DNA of 64,000 nucleotides from Octopus vulgaris (Eukaryota): assembly GCA_951406725.2 (NCBI GenBank), contig OX597814.1:19530001-19594000 (forward strand), in the 5' to 3' direction. Shown here piece after piece: positions 1 to 13,980 of this stretch. Under the pieces are notes generated by a model. The model did not search any database and was not told the DNA's origin. It saw only the letters and a list, made by a program, of their open reading frames with translations. Position numbers and translations under genes: made by a program. Position 1 is the stretch's first letter. The number at the start of each line of letters is the position of its first letter.

Positions 1-917
1 ATTTTAGTATAAGTGTGCGTGCGTGCGTGCGTGCGAATGCGCATGTGCTGATTCGTGTTCGTGTGAATGTGTTGCTTTGTACAAATATGTTTGTATACGT
101 GTCTGTATATGCGTGTAAATAAATGTATGTCTTTTTTTGTATGCTTTATTTCCCCCCTTTTTTGCTCCTTTTTATTTTAAAACATGATCTCGATATATTC
201 GGCAGCTGCTGATCCTCTTCAAAATTGTTCTGCACATCTTTTTTTTTTTTTTTCACTATATCTCAAGGTTGAATAATGTTGAATAACCAACAACAACAAA
301 AAAAAAAACGTTGTCGTAAGCATGCACCAATATGGATTTATATCATTCATTCACCATTTCTTCACTACTCGCACTTTCTTTCTCATACACATTGCTTATT
401 TTTTTTCATTCGTCTTTTCTTTCTAATCTATTCTTTCCTTCTTACATTATTGTACCCACTCACCTTATCGTTCTTTCTCACCTATTCTTTGGTTCTTGAC
501 TCCATATTTCATTATCTGTTTCTCAATTTACTCTCTCACTCTTTCTCCCCCTCCTCCTCCTCCTCTTCCCTTCTCACTCTCTCTACCTCTAAGTTAGATT
601 TTTGCTTTCTCTCTCAAATTTCATTAACTCTCTATTTCTCTGTCTGTCTGTCTATCTCTTGCTTCTCCCTCTATATACATATATATTTCATACAACACAC
701 ACACACACACACACGTATGTACGTTTATGCACATTGACTTCACACATGAAATTACGCATATAATAGGACTTTTGCACCGAAAGGGTCTTCATGCATATGA
801 AACCTCAGTGCCTATTTCAGTCTGGAATATATTTTCACAAACTGCAAAGTTACATTTTCAAAGTAAAGAAGGGCAACTAGACACAAGTTTCGTACCGAAT
901 TACACAAATATGCCAGT

Positions 918-1326
<409 letters not shown>

Positions 1327-1346
1327 GTGTATGTGTGTGTGTCTGT

Positions 1347-1620
1347 GTGGAGGCGCAATGGCCCAGTGGTTAGGGCAGCGGACTCGCGGTTTCGATTCCC
1401 AGACCGGGCGTTGTGAGTGTTTATTGAGCGAAAACACCTAAAAAGCTCCACGACGCTCCAGCAGGGGGTGGTGATCCTTGATGTACTCTTCCGCCACTCT
1501 TCCTTCTGTTGGCCTGCTCGCTTAGCCAGCGGGGTGGCGTCATTCGAAGACTAAAACAATGCGAACGCATTGTGACCAGCGATGTGTAACAACATCTTAT
1601 GGTCTGGTCGGTCACGTGAT

Positions 1621-1628
<8 letters not shown>
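1347..1628 (+). mobile_element. tRNA-derived SINE: family A head with an alternative 3' tail
   Basis: Head GTGGAGGCGCAATGGCCCAGTGGTTAGGGCAGCGG...GTTTCGATTCCC matches the family A copies; diverges after ~1495 and ends in GTCACGTGATCACGTGATA. Confidence 0.85.
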
Positions 1629-1653
<25 letters not shown>

Positions 1654-1659
1654 CTACCC

Positions 1660-1856
1660 TTATATTTGTTTCAGTCATTTGACTGCAGCTATGCTGGAGC
1701 ACCGCCTTTAGTCGAGCAAATTGCATCCAGGACTTATTCTTTCTAAGCCTACTTCTTATTCTATCGGTCTCTTTTGTCAAAGGCTACAGTTATGGGGGCG
1801 TTAACACACCAACATCGCTTGTCAAACGATGTGGGGAGACAAACACTGGCACACAA

Positions 1857-1906
<50 letters not shown>

Positions 1907-2061
1907 GCGACAGGCCTCTTTCAGTTTCCGCCTACCAAATCCACTCTACTAAATCCGAGGCTATAGTAGAAGACAGTGCCCAATGTGACACGCAGTGGGA
2001 CTGTACCCGGAACCATGTGGTTGGGAAGCAAGCTTCTTACCACACACTAACTTCTGCGCCT
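1660..2061 (-). mobile_element. SINE family B (diverged copy)
   Basis: Tail TTGTTTCAGTCATTTGACTGC..ATGCTGGAGCACCGCC, internal (TA)n, head ...CTGCGCC. Confidence 0.85.
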
Positions 2062-2326
2062 ATGTGTGTGTGTGTGTACGAGTGAATTGACAAACGAAAG
2101 GAGGGCAGTCAACCAATTTATTGGGAATTATATGTAGAGATCAAAACAGTTTGATTCAAATTCGTTGGTACTAACAGGAGGAAGCAGGTGGAGAAAATAC
2201 TGAGTAATGATGATCAGCGTCAAAAGAATACGCGAACTGAAATTGTGTATCTCGTAATTTCTCTCCTGTTTTTACAAACACACATATACACACACACATT
2301 TACATACACACACGCACATATACATA

Positions 2327-2495
2327 GGAAGGTGTGCTAAAAAGTTCATAGCTTTAAGGGTATTTCGAAAAGCGTGGTTGGAGACCCAACATTCCGAGTT
2401 CTCTGAGGGTTAGAAAAACTGAAGGAATAGTGCAATAAATATATGAATATGAAAGGGGATTATGTTGAACAAAATCATAATTAGTTGCTCCTCAA
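2327..2495 (+). mobile_element. Mariner-derived MITE fragment
   Basis: TA + GGAAGGTGTGCTAAAAAGTTC TIR-like start; translates GLEKLKE*CNKYMNMKGDYVEQ, resembling the mariner transposase C-terminus (W.KC...G.Y.E). Confidence 0.65.
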
Positions 2496-2502
2496 TATTA
2501 CA

Positions 2503-2582
2503 CTGATGTAATAACGGATTGTTTATAAACCTTGAAACACGTGTACCGCGATATCCTTTGTGTTCTGTTTTAAATTTATATT

Positions 2583-2585
<3 letters not shown>
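2503..2585 (+). mobile_element. Degenerate hammerhead-bearing PLE terminal fragment
   Basis: CTGATGT...CCTT-GAAACACGTGTA with palindromic helix III; ends at (TA)n. Confidence 0.4.
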
Positions 2586-2627
<42 letters not shown>

Positions 2628-2632
<5 letters not shown>

Positions 2633-2846
2633 CATTTGGGGATTTGGTTTGCAAGATTCTTTATGTGAGTTCGTGTGTTAAAGCATATTCTGTTGTGTCT
2701 GGGGAGAAACATTCTCTTTTGGTACCTTATAATTTAACGCACTCACCGGTAAAATTTCCACTTACTTCTTGCTTATTTTTCCAAAATTTTCGTTGCGTCT
2801 TTCCACCTTTTGAATAGTTTTGCAAGACGTAATGAAAATTTTGGAT
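2628..2846. mobile_element. Foldback repeat family E (short right arm), probable PLE terminus
   Basis: Homologous to 11369-11686; local inverted repeat CCAAAATTTTCGTTGCGTC / GACGTAATGAAAATTTTGG. Confidence 0.7.
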
Positions 2847-2847
2847 G

Positions 2848-2929
<82 letters not shown>

Positions 2930-2934
2930 TAGAC

Positions 2935-3017
<83 letters not shown>

Positions 3018-3019
3018 CA
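2848..3019. repeat. (GATA)n/(GACA)n microsatellite
   Basis: direct. Confidence 0.95.
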
Positions 3020-3391
3020 GAGAAACCACTTACCACAAAAACAGAATTGCTACACAACCAGCAACGCACCTCTCTTCCACCTGCTTCCACCTGTATAAGC
3101 CTTTACCTTCGTATTGTTTGCCTTATTTTTTTTTTTTTAAACTTAAGACAAAATACACCGAAATATATGACATATTTATCTCTTCTACGTCTATCTGACT
3201 AGCTTATCTCAATATTTTTTCGTTCTATATAAAACTGTAGAATACTTTTAGCCATACAACTGTCTAACTGATAATTTGATGAATTCAAATTTCAACGAGA
3301 GAAGTCTGCACCTGACATTGCATGGATCGATTGAGGAGTGTTCGTTTAGCTCGAATTTTTCTGTTTGTTCTTACCATTCTTGTACTATGTC

Positions 3392-3542
<151 letters not shown>

Positions 3543-3807
3543 GCCATTTTGGTTTCTGTGAGTTCTATTGTGAAAAACGTGTGCGTGTTTTTGAGAATAT
3601 GTATGGGTATATTCGTGCATCTATATATGTGTACATATATGTATGTGTGCATGTGTGTGTGAGTGTGTGCGTGCGCGTGTGTGCATGTGATATATCTCTG
3701 CACGGATGTATGATTATGATATACTACAGAAAATCATACTACGTTGTGCTACATTATATACACATTTTCACAAATGTGTATATATATAGCTATATACATA
3801 TATACTA

Positions 3808-3841
<34 letters not shown>

Positions 3842-3842
3842 C

Positions 3843-3909
<67 letters not shown>

Positions 3910-3959
3910 GTACATACATATATATATATATATGTGTGTGTGCTTGTATATATGTACTT

Positions 3960-4014
<55 letters not shown>

Positions 4015-4039
4015 CATGTGTGTGTGCTTGTATATATGT

Positions 4040-4090
<51 letters not shown>

Positions 4091-4989
4091 ATTATGTATA
4101 TATATGTATATATATGTATATTATGTTCAACAAACGCGTAGAAATATCAGCACAAGCTTATGCACACACCCACACACTCATATACACACACATACCTTCG
4201 CATGAGTGTGCATAGTTGTATAGATTTACGGATATATATACATACAGACATATATATATATATACGCACACATATATATATACATACATATATATCCCAT
4301 CATATATATATATATGTATATATATACTCAAAAATATATGTATATATATATGCGATGTATCCCTACGTTTGTGTGTACGCTTTCAACGCATTCATCTCGA
4401 CATGTTTTTATAAATATATCTATGCAAAAATACAGACATAGATATATGTCCCTAAATATATGTGTTTTTGTGTGAACATGTTAAAGAAAGGTACACGAGA
4501 AGCATTAATATATTTATATGTGTGTATATATACACATGTGTGTGTGCGTGCTTCTATATAAGTATGTATTTGAGTGTCAGTATGTGTGAGTGTGTACCTA
4601 TGTAGCCCTGCATATAGGTATATATGGAATCGTATATGTTACCATATATAGATATATGTATGATACGTGTGTCTGTTTATGTGCTTACATAAGAATGTAT
4701 ATTTTGTATGCACTTATAGATCTTCGTACATAGACTCCATGTTATGATTTCAACGACATAACAATGCCGCCATGACAGATTTTCCTGGTTACCAGAAAGA
4801 AAAAAAAACAACCTATCTATAAATAATGAGAGAGGCATCGTAAACAACATCAATAAACAAAAGCTAGGACAATAACATCACCAAGAACGTCAACAAATGG
4901 GACCTGCATATTTAGCAGTGTCAGGAAAATGTTTTCCTTACACACACATGTAGACATTTGTAAGTGTGTGTACATGTGCACATATGCAA

Positions 4990-5029
<40 letters not shown>

Positions 5030-5254
5030 GTATGTGAGAGAGAGAGTATGTCTATATGTATGTATACACACACACTATGTATATGTCATAAAATTTAACC
5101 TGTACATATATATTGACATATTCATGTATGTATGCATGCATGTTTGTATATAACACACACACACACACGCCCGCATACACACACACATGCATACACACTC
5201 ACATGTACGTATATATGCAATAAATCTTATCCTATACATATATACTGACTTATT

Positions 5255-5298
<44 letters not shown>

Positions 5299-5303
5299 GT
5301 GTT

Positions 5304-5343
<40 letters not shown>

Positions 5344-5845
5344 TGTGTGTGTGTGTGTGTACATTGCCATTAGTGTGTGATGGAAAATAGGGTTTCATAT
5401 TGTTTTCACAACTAAACCAAAGAGGAGGTTTTTGTATTTCTTTAATGTCATTGATGTTTTTGTTTATTAAGTCCTTCAAGTTCATGTTTTTTTACTAGAA
5501 AATATATTTACTTTGCATAAAAGTTATTTTCAGGTTTGATATGACAGTAAACATAGCCTCCATACTGAGTTTCCCCCAAATATATAGCTGTAAATACATT
5601 GGTTACGATTTTGCATTGCTGTCCGCCGGTATTTGCGCTGTGTATACGGTGAATACAGCATACTGATATCACCTGCTATTTATTTCATATATATATACAC
5701 ATAGTCTGACAATAATTTGGCATTTTTCGATACTCATATAGAGGATCCTCAGCAAACGTGTATGAAACCTATGTGAAGTATTCTGGAGTTGCTTGCGTAG
5801 TATGCACGGTTAGCTACGGAGATATTGAAAATCTGGCACAGACTA

Positions 5846-5955
5846 CTTGTACACGATTGTATACGCTTGTACATGCTTCCATACGCTTGTACACGGTTGC
5901 ATACGCCTGTACATGCTTGCATATGCTTGTACGTGCTTCCATACGGTTGCACACC
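5846..5955. repeat. 10-bp-period minisatellite (CTTGTACACG-like, 11 units)
   Basis: cttgtacacg attgtatacg cttgtacatg cttccatacg cttgtacacg gttgcatacg ... Confidence 0.8.
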
Positions 5956-5969
5956 CTTACACGCATTTT

Positions 5970-6194
5970 TTTACTCTTTTATTCTTTTATTTGTTTCATT
6001 CATTTGACTGTGGCCATGCTGGAGCAACGCCTTTAGTCGAACAAATCGACCCCAGGACCTATTGTCTGTAAGCCTAGTATTTATTCTATCTGTGTCTTTT
6101 CCTGAACTGCTAGGTTGCGGGGATGTAAACACACCAGCATCGGTTGTCAAGCGATACAGGCACACAAACATATATATATGTGTATATATATATG

Positions 6195-6289
<95 letters not shown>

Positions 6290-6481
6290 TATATATATAT
6301 ATATATATATACATATATACGACGGGCTTCTTTCTGTTTCCGTCTACGAAATCCACTCACAAGGCTTTGGTCTGCTCGCCTGAGGCTATAGTAGAATACA
6401 CTCACCTAAGGTGCTACGCAATGGGACTGAAAGTGGAACCATGTGGTTGGTAAGCAAGCTACTTGCCACACAGCCACTCCT
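5970..6481 (-). mobile_element. SINE family B, full length
   Basis: Complete tail-to-head match to the other B copies; internal (TA)n(GA)n(TA)n. Confidence 0.9.
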
Positions 6482-6629
6482 AAGTGCATGTGTAAAAGAA
6501 GACAAACAGCATAGCGACGGCTTTGGCCGACTGTCATCCCTATACTCACTTTATTGCCAGCGAAATTGTATGTGCCGGCTGTCTGAGCATCTCGTTGCTG
6601 TTAATGAATAGTATGGCGGAAGAAAGGGG

Positions 6630-6835
6630 ACAAAAAGATTACAAAAATAGAGATTTTTACTTTGAGACTGATAATTTTGAAAATCTTTTAAGATTACGGA
6701 ACGCCCCGCTCTCTCATGTAACCATGTTTAAATTTCAGCGTGATCTGATTGACAATACTCGACTTATAAGCGCACAAACAGACAGACAGAGAGACTTAGT
6801 AATTTTAATATTTCTATTATATATATATATATAAT
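6630..6835 (+). mobile_element. 3' end of a non-autonomous Helitron-like element
   Basis: AAATTTCAGCGTGATCTG...ACAAACAGACAGACAGA...TATATATA, the same terminal layout as 31219-31604. Confidence 0.4.
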
Positions 6836-7033
6836 AAAATATTAGGGAATAAATCCAAACTTATAGGGAAAAATCAGATTTAGGATTAAATCCAATTTTA
6901 TAGTAAAATATATTATATTATATTAAATTAGAGATAAAACCACTATTAGGCAAATCAAACAATGAAAAACATAAGCCAATGCATAGAAGGTATTGGAATA
7001 TCCTTCAAGGATGAATTCAAAATAGCGGTGCTA

Positions 7034-7568
<535 letters not shown>

Positions 7569-7777
7569 ATAGACAGTTGGTTCATTCATTTGGCTAAAGC
7601 AAATTCAATGCGGTGCCCCAGCATAGCCACAATTTCCTGACTGAAACAATTAAAATGTAAATGATAAAAGGTATATATCTACGTTTGGTAAATAACTTGA
7701 TTTCATGTCTTGCACTCACTGAAAAAATTACATCGTCCAAGAGCCATCGTGACCATTTACGTTGTATAGAGGTGTAT

Positions 7778-7910
7778 AAGGCGGCGAACTGGCAGAAACG
7801 TTAGCACGCCGGGCGAAATGCTTAGCCGTACCAGTTGCGTACTGGATCGATCTAATCGACTGCCCTCCTCACCGAAAATTTCGATCCTTCTGCCTAGAGG
7901 AGAAAAGGAT
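7778..7910 (+). mobile_element. SINE family C, internally deleted, alternative tail
   Basis: GGCGGCGAACTGGCAGAAACGTTAGCACGCCGGGCGAAATGC head joined at GTA to CCAGTTGCG...GCCTAGAGGAGAAAAGGAT. Confidence 0.85.
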
Positions 7911-8150
7911 ATACAGAGGGGCATAGAGATACATTTTTAAACAACCAAAGAGAAGGCAACTAGATGTATGCAAGTATGTGGGTATATATGTGTGTGTGAG
8001 TGTATATGTGTGTGCGCGTGTGTGTGTGTCTGTCTGTCTGTGTGTACACATCTGTTTCGTTCGTATGGCTCACAATATGGCAACATCCACCAAACATATC
8101 ATGAAAAAATATGTCCGCCATAACTATGTTGTCAATTGTTTCAAGGAACG

Positions 8151-8195
<45 letters not shown>

Positions 8196-8202
8196 TTGGA
8201 AC

Positions 8203-8250
<48 letters not shown>

Positions 8251-8253
<3 letters not shown>

Positions 8254-8470
8254 CTACATTAACTTATGTGTCTTTCCTTTTCTGCGAATGTACGGTGAAA
8301 TTTCAGAGAGATTTCTGCTATTTCTGGATATAGATCGAATATCTAGCTTATAACTAATATTACTCATTTGTTATCAGAGTGTAAGCAAAATTTGCTCATC
8401 AATGTAATCCATTCGAGATCCTGAGGGTAGCTAGAGTTTTCGTTATTGCGTGATCTCATTAGGCATTAAA
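8251..8470 (-). mobile_element. Probable PLE terminal fragment with decayed hammerhead
   Basis: Minus strand GC-CTAATGA-GAT..AAC-GAAA-ACTC-TA-GC (8420-8466); 3' end abuts (TA)n. Confidence 0.35.
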
Positions 8471-8532
8471 AATCAAAACAAAAATTATCGTGAAAGCACT
8501 GCCAAATGCATATATTTTTGTTTAGATTTGTA

Positions 8533-8608
8533 CTGCATAGTGTAAATTGGAATGGAGAATTTTATTCTTGCTGCATAGTGTAAAGTGTAATGGAGAATTT
8601 TATTCTTG
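8533..8608. repeat. 38-bp tandem duplication
   Basis: CTGCATAGTGTAAA.TG.AATGGAGAATTTTATTCTTG twice. Confidence 0.9.
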
Positions 8609-8807
8609 TGTATATACCTGCCTATATACGTATGAAAAGGCATATTTACGTACATGCAACACAAATGAGCACACACATACACACATACACAAACAAATAC
8701 GCAAATATAGATATACACACACACACGCAAACATGCACACACGTGCACACGCACATATCCCCCCCACACACATAGAAACATAGTTCGAGAAATAGACAAA
8801 CAGATAT

Positions 8808-8862
<55 letters not shown>

Positions 8863-9067
8863 TGAATGTATGTATGTATGTATGTATGTAGGTAGGCAGG
8901 TAGGTAGGTAGGTAGGTAGGTAGGTAGGTAGGTAGGTAGGTAGGTAGGTAGGTAGGTAGGTAGGTAGGTAGACAGGCAAGTAGCTACGTATGTAGATATA
9001 GTCAGACAAACAGGCAGGCAGACAGATAGATAGAAAAATAGACAGACAGACAGACAAGCAGACAGAT

Positions 9068-9625
9068 AAGTTTCTTTATTGGCCACACAGGGCTGCACAC
9101 AGATGGGACAAGTTACAAGGTAGAGCCTTGTAAGTTGGGGGATGAAAAAAACAAAAAACAAAAGAAACAAAAAAAGGTGGCGTAGGTTTTCGATCAAAAG
9201 GGATCGTAAAAGGGAAAAAAAGAACAAAAAAAAGAAGAAAAGGAAAAGGAACAAAAGAAATGAGAAATGAAAAAAAGAAGAAAAAAGGGGAAAAAGGGGG
9301 AAGAGGAAAAGAAACGATCAATAGGGATCGTGTATCACAGTGTTTTGATGTATGGTGTAAAGGAGAAGGCAAGTAAGGTTTATCCGTGGGAAGAAAAGCC
9401 TACGAAAAAGACCACGGTAACCTTGGTCAATATTGTTATATGTTACCACATTTGTTTGCAAGTGGGTAACCCTCTATTTTCAATTTCTGGGTTCATAGGA
9501 TTATGCTCAAGGTGGCTTCGTCATTCATACGTGCCATCCTTGCTACATTCACCCATCTTTTTTTAAAACATTCGCTAGACAAAACTTGCCTCTCTACTCT
9601 CACTTTCGTTTTCAAGTGGTACTTG

Positions 9626-9627
<2 letters not shown>
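9068..9627 (-). mobile_element. 5'-truncated Tx1/L1-like LINE (ORF2 C-terminus and 3' UTR) within (GATA)n
   Basis: Minus strand FKYHLKTKVRVERQVLSSECFKKRWVNVARMAR..* (F..RW motif typical of L1/Tx1 ORF2 ends); AATAAA just before the 3' end; both flanks are GATA/GACA repeats. Confidence 0.65.
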
Positions 9628-9716
<89 letters not shown>

Positions 9717-9722
9717 GCAGGC

Positions 9723-9771
<49 letters not shown>

Positions 9772-10769
9772 GGCAGACAAGCAGACAAGCAGACAGACAG
9801 ACAGATAACTAATCATTTTGAATCTACATAGATTTAGTTTTGAGGCAAAGGTTTTCCGAAAATATTGTAGCACTTTCGCTCAGCTTCTCAAATTGGCGAG
9901 TCAGTATTTACTTGAAGGATCTTCATGTACTTGTACAAAACACGAATGCCTTTCTTATGCAGCGCATCCCTAATGCAGTTAAATGAAAGTGTTCTAAGAA
10001 TCGATGAACGAAAAGCGAGTGGGGAATTAAACACGTCCGCGAACAGCATTGTCCAATGAACATAAGCCTAGCCGTGCTATAATTGATAATAAAATAGTAC
10101 ATTTATAACCTGCGGTTATTGTGGAACTATCTGTGGCTTTGGAACATGTTTATTTCTAGCAAACATTCAATCTCAGAAGTATAATAACGTAGCCATTTAC
10201 CGTGTTCGTTCATTCTTATTCACATATCACATAAAACACACTGCATGTATTTATTAATACACTTCTATAGACATTTACTGAAGCATATAGGATACGAGAA
10301 TAGGAGTAAACACATTTAACTACGTGTTAGTTTGTATATGTATGAAGATGTCAACGTGTATATTCACCATAGACAATCATTTGTACTCTCTGTATATCAT
10401 CCATACATGTATATATGTGTGTGTGTGTGTGTGTGTGTATAGATAGATAGATAGGTATATAGATAGACAGATGCATACATACATACATACATATATACAT
10501 AGATTATGCATGCATAGATACATACATAAATACACATACATGTACGCATATATAAAGAGACAGAGAGACAGTAACGAAGAGAGACTGTCGGAGTGTTTGT
10601 GCCGTGTGTGTGTGTATGTATGTGTGTGTGTGTGTATGTGTATAGATAGATAGATAGATAGATACATACATATATACATGCATACATAGATACATATATA
10701 AATACACATACTTACATGCATACATAGACAGTGAGACAGTGACAAAGAGAGATTGTCGGAGTGTTTGTG

Positions 10770-10826
<57 letters not shown>

Positions 10827-11368
10827 ATGTATGCAAGCACTTAACTGTCAACAAGAAGGAGACAAATAAGTACTCAATACTGAAAGTAAAGTAACATACC
10901 ATTAATTGGAAGCTGCTTCCCGTTTCTGATCTTTAGGGACTTATAAAAAAAAATGAAATATAGGCTGTTCCATTTAAAAGACATATTGTTTTTTCAATAT
11001 CTATGAAAATTCCGTTTGGATAAATTTTGGATAAGCCTCTTATTGATTAACAATATAACAGTTGGATGCAAAATACACGAAAGAATATAGAAGGACTATC
11101 TGATGGTTTAAAACGAAATAGAAAATTATAGCCGAAAAACGTTTCTAAAGATGCGTTATAATATTAGTAAAATGGAGAATAGGAAACGTGCGAAAGCGTG
11201 TATGAAGCACACTGTCAGATCTGCGAATATGAATAAAAAGGCGTGAAACGAAAAAAGAAAATGTAGCGAGTGTAAATGAAAGGGTAGTGACCGTTTAAAA
11301 AGTTCTAAAGAGTGCTCAATAGCTATAAGACGCACTACGAAAATAACTTGATAATATGAAATGAAATA

Positions 11369-11686
11369 TTTCGTTTTTGGATTTAGTTTGCAAGATTCTT
11401 TATATGAGTTCGTGTGTTGAAACATATTCTGTTGTGTCTGGGGAGAGTTATTTTCTTTTTGTGCCTTATAATGTAACATACTCACCGGTAAAATTTACAC
11501 TTATTTCTTATTTTTATTTTCCTAAAATGTTCGTTGCGTCTTGCAACCTTTTTTGAAAATGTTGCAAGACGCAACCAAAATTTTAGGAAAATAAAAATAA
11601 AAATAATCAGTGGAAATTTTACCGGTGTGTGTGTTACGTTTTATGGTGCAAAATGAAAATGACCCTCCCAGACACAACAGAATATG
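11369..11686. mobile_element. Foldback repeat family E with ~130-bp inverted arms and 16-bp flanking direct repeat
   Basis: Arms 11423-~11550 and ~11554-11686 are reverse complements; AATATGAAATGAAATA at 11353-11368 and 11681-11696. Confidence 0.8.
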
Positions 11687-12235
11687 AAATGAAATAGTTA
11701 TTAAGCTAATTTTTGTAGCAACTTTAAATATAGTCTAATCAGTCTGGCAAAAATGTAATTATTAGCAAGCATAACCCAGACTTAGTTGCACAGTTATACT
11801 TAAGATAATAAGTACTTGAAATATTCATTCTGAATATGTCCAAGCAGACCCGAAATTAATATATTAATCTCTGCTACATTTTGTCTTTGGAAGCACTTCC
11901 TTGCAGACGAGGTGTGTTCACAACAAAAACACAACAGTATTTTCACGTTCGAATGTGACACAATATATTAAGAGAGAATAGTCACGTCATTCTTTTGGTG
12001 CTAGCTGCTTTGTATGCGTGTGATAACAAAATCATTAGATTCCTTCATTTGTGGAAGGCCAAAATGTCACTAATAGTAGGGTTTAATAGCTTTACTGACA
12101 AACAAAACCGTACATATAATCAGTTCGTTATTGGTCGTTGATTTTCCTTACGTAAGTTTCTTTCTCTCAAAGCTTTAGCATTTGCCATCACCAACACATC
12201 TATCAGAGAGTTTAATATCAAAATAATTACGTATA

Positions 12236-12648
12236 CTCTCTTTTACTATTTTACTTGCTTCAGTCATTTGACTGCGGCCATGCTGGAGCACCGCCTTTTA
12301 GTCGAGCAACTTGACCCCGGGACTTATTCTTTTTGTAAGCCCAGTACTTATTCTATCGGTCTCTTTTTGCCGAACCGCTAAGTTACGGGGACGTAAACAC
12401 ACCAGCATCGGTTGTCAAGCAATGCTAGGGGAACAAACACAGACACACAAACACACACACATACATATATAAATACATATATACGGTGGGCTTCTTTCAG
12501 TTTCCGTCTACCAAATCCACTCATAAGGCATTGGTCGGCCCGGGGCTATAGCAGAAGACACTTGCCCAAGATGCCACGCAGTGGGACTGAACCTGGAACC
12601 ATGTGGTCGGTTAGCAAGCTACTTACCACACAGCCACTCCTGTGCGCC
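12236..12648 (-). mobile_element. SINE family B, full length
   Basis: Matches the B consensus along its length. Confidence 0.92.
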
Positions 12649-13179
12649 TATGCAAGCGTTTTATTTTCTTTCCTTGTTAAAAGAAAGCAGAGACGAATTG
12701 TTTGATATCTACATCGATGAACAGGGTGGAACTGATCTATGTGAAATATTAGAATGAGTATTTCTGAACAAATAGTTATTATTTCGCTGAGTGGCCTTTA
12801 TATAAACAATGGACTTTTAATCTTGCGAAGTGTAAAGTGTCCAGACGCTAGACAGATTCAGAAAATTACTTAACAAAATAGGTTTAAGAATTGTTTCATA
12901 CTAATCTTACAGTTAATTCTTTAAATATTACTTTAAATTTAGACACGATTAAATTATTAAAAAGCTAGTAGGAAAAATATTTTATGAAGGTCCTCATATC
13001 CCCCACCAAAAGACAAATTTTTTTACGAAATTTAATTTCTAGTATTAAAAAAATTATCTCTTCATTATCCTCTCCTGGAATCACATTTATTAGTATTTCT
13101 TATTATTGTAGTGAAGTACCGCGGAAAAACGGCTAGTCAGATAAAATTCAATGCGGTACACGACCCAATGTTCCAAAGC

Positions 13180-13706
13180 GTAAGAATAATACTCGAAATC
13201 GCCTTCAGTTTAAGTTCGACAACAGATGTCAAAGAATTCCTAAATTTCATTTTTTTTAACTTTCCGGTGTCATAAGTTTTGTAATAAAAGCTCAGTTAAA
13301 GTTAGGTATTCTTGCTCTATACATTCGGTATGCTCAGTTGACTATTTCATTTCAAAAACACTCTCCAACAGCAATGATGCAACCTCGCTTTCTACGTGTA
13401 ATTTCATTGCACCATACAATTGTCGCTTCAGCGGCAACTGTTTTTCGGAAGTTTATTATACTGCGAGTCAACAGTACTCTGTTCAAATCTTTCACCGCAT
13501 TAAGAACAAATCAAGAAACACTTTTACAAGTATATCTGTTTATTTGAGTATCCAGAAAACGACTTTCGACAAGTTTTTCGAATCACATTTGGTTTTGAAA
13601 ATGCTCTAATCCGGCCGTGTTAAAAATGAAATCTACTAGAGCAAAATATACTGGTAAACATTATCCCTGTCGCTCAGTCTTTTGGTATACATTTGGAAAA
13701 TTCTTC
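13180..13706 (+). pseudogene. Decayed Penelope-like retroelement ORF (RT thumb, Cys linker, GIY-YIG endonuclease)
   Basis: Frame-broken peptides in the expected order: RIILEIAFSLSSTTDVKEFLNF (cf. IIWFNPPFS..T..GK.FL), HKFCNKSSVKVRYSCS (cf. KIFNRNTVKVSYSC), CNFIAPYNCRFSGNCFSEVYYTA (cf. CNC...CPL.G.C....VY.A), ENDFRQ..NH, WKIL. Confidence 0.75.
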
Positions 13707-13777
13707 GTTTTATTTCACGAAGGGGAAACAGCAGAAAATCAAACAAAATGTTAACCTTAATTGACACCTCGAATACC

Positions 13778-13980
13778 TATTTCTGTATTACCCACAAGGG
13801 GCTAAACACAGAGGGGACAAACAAGGACAGACATGGGTATTAAGTCGATTACATCGACCCCAGTGCGTAACTGGTACTTAATTTATCGACCCCGAAAGGA
13901 TGAAAGGCAAAGTCGACCTCGGCGGAATTTGAACTCAGAACCTAACGGCAGACGAAATACCGCTAAGCATTTCGCCCGGC
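13778..13980 (-). mobile_element. SINE family C, 5'-truncated, with 28-bp target-site duplication
   Basis: GTTAACCTTAATTGACACCTCGAATACC at 13750-13777 and 13981-14008. Confidence 0.92.

Noticed and set aside
5303-5485. ORF MNLKDLINKNINDIKEIQKPPLWFSCENNMK, faintly like a PLE linker
   Set aside because: Too short and no supporting neighbouring motifs.
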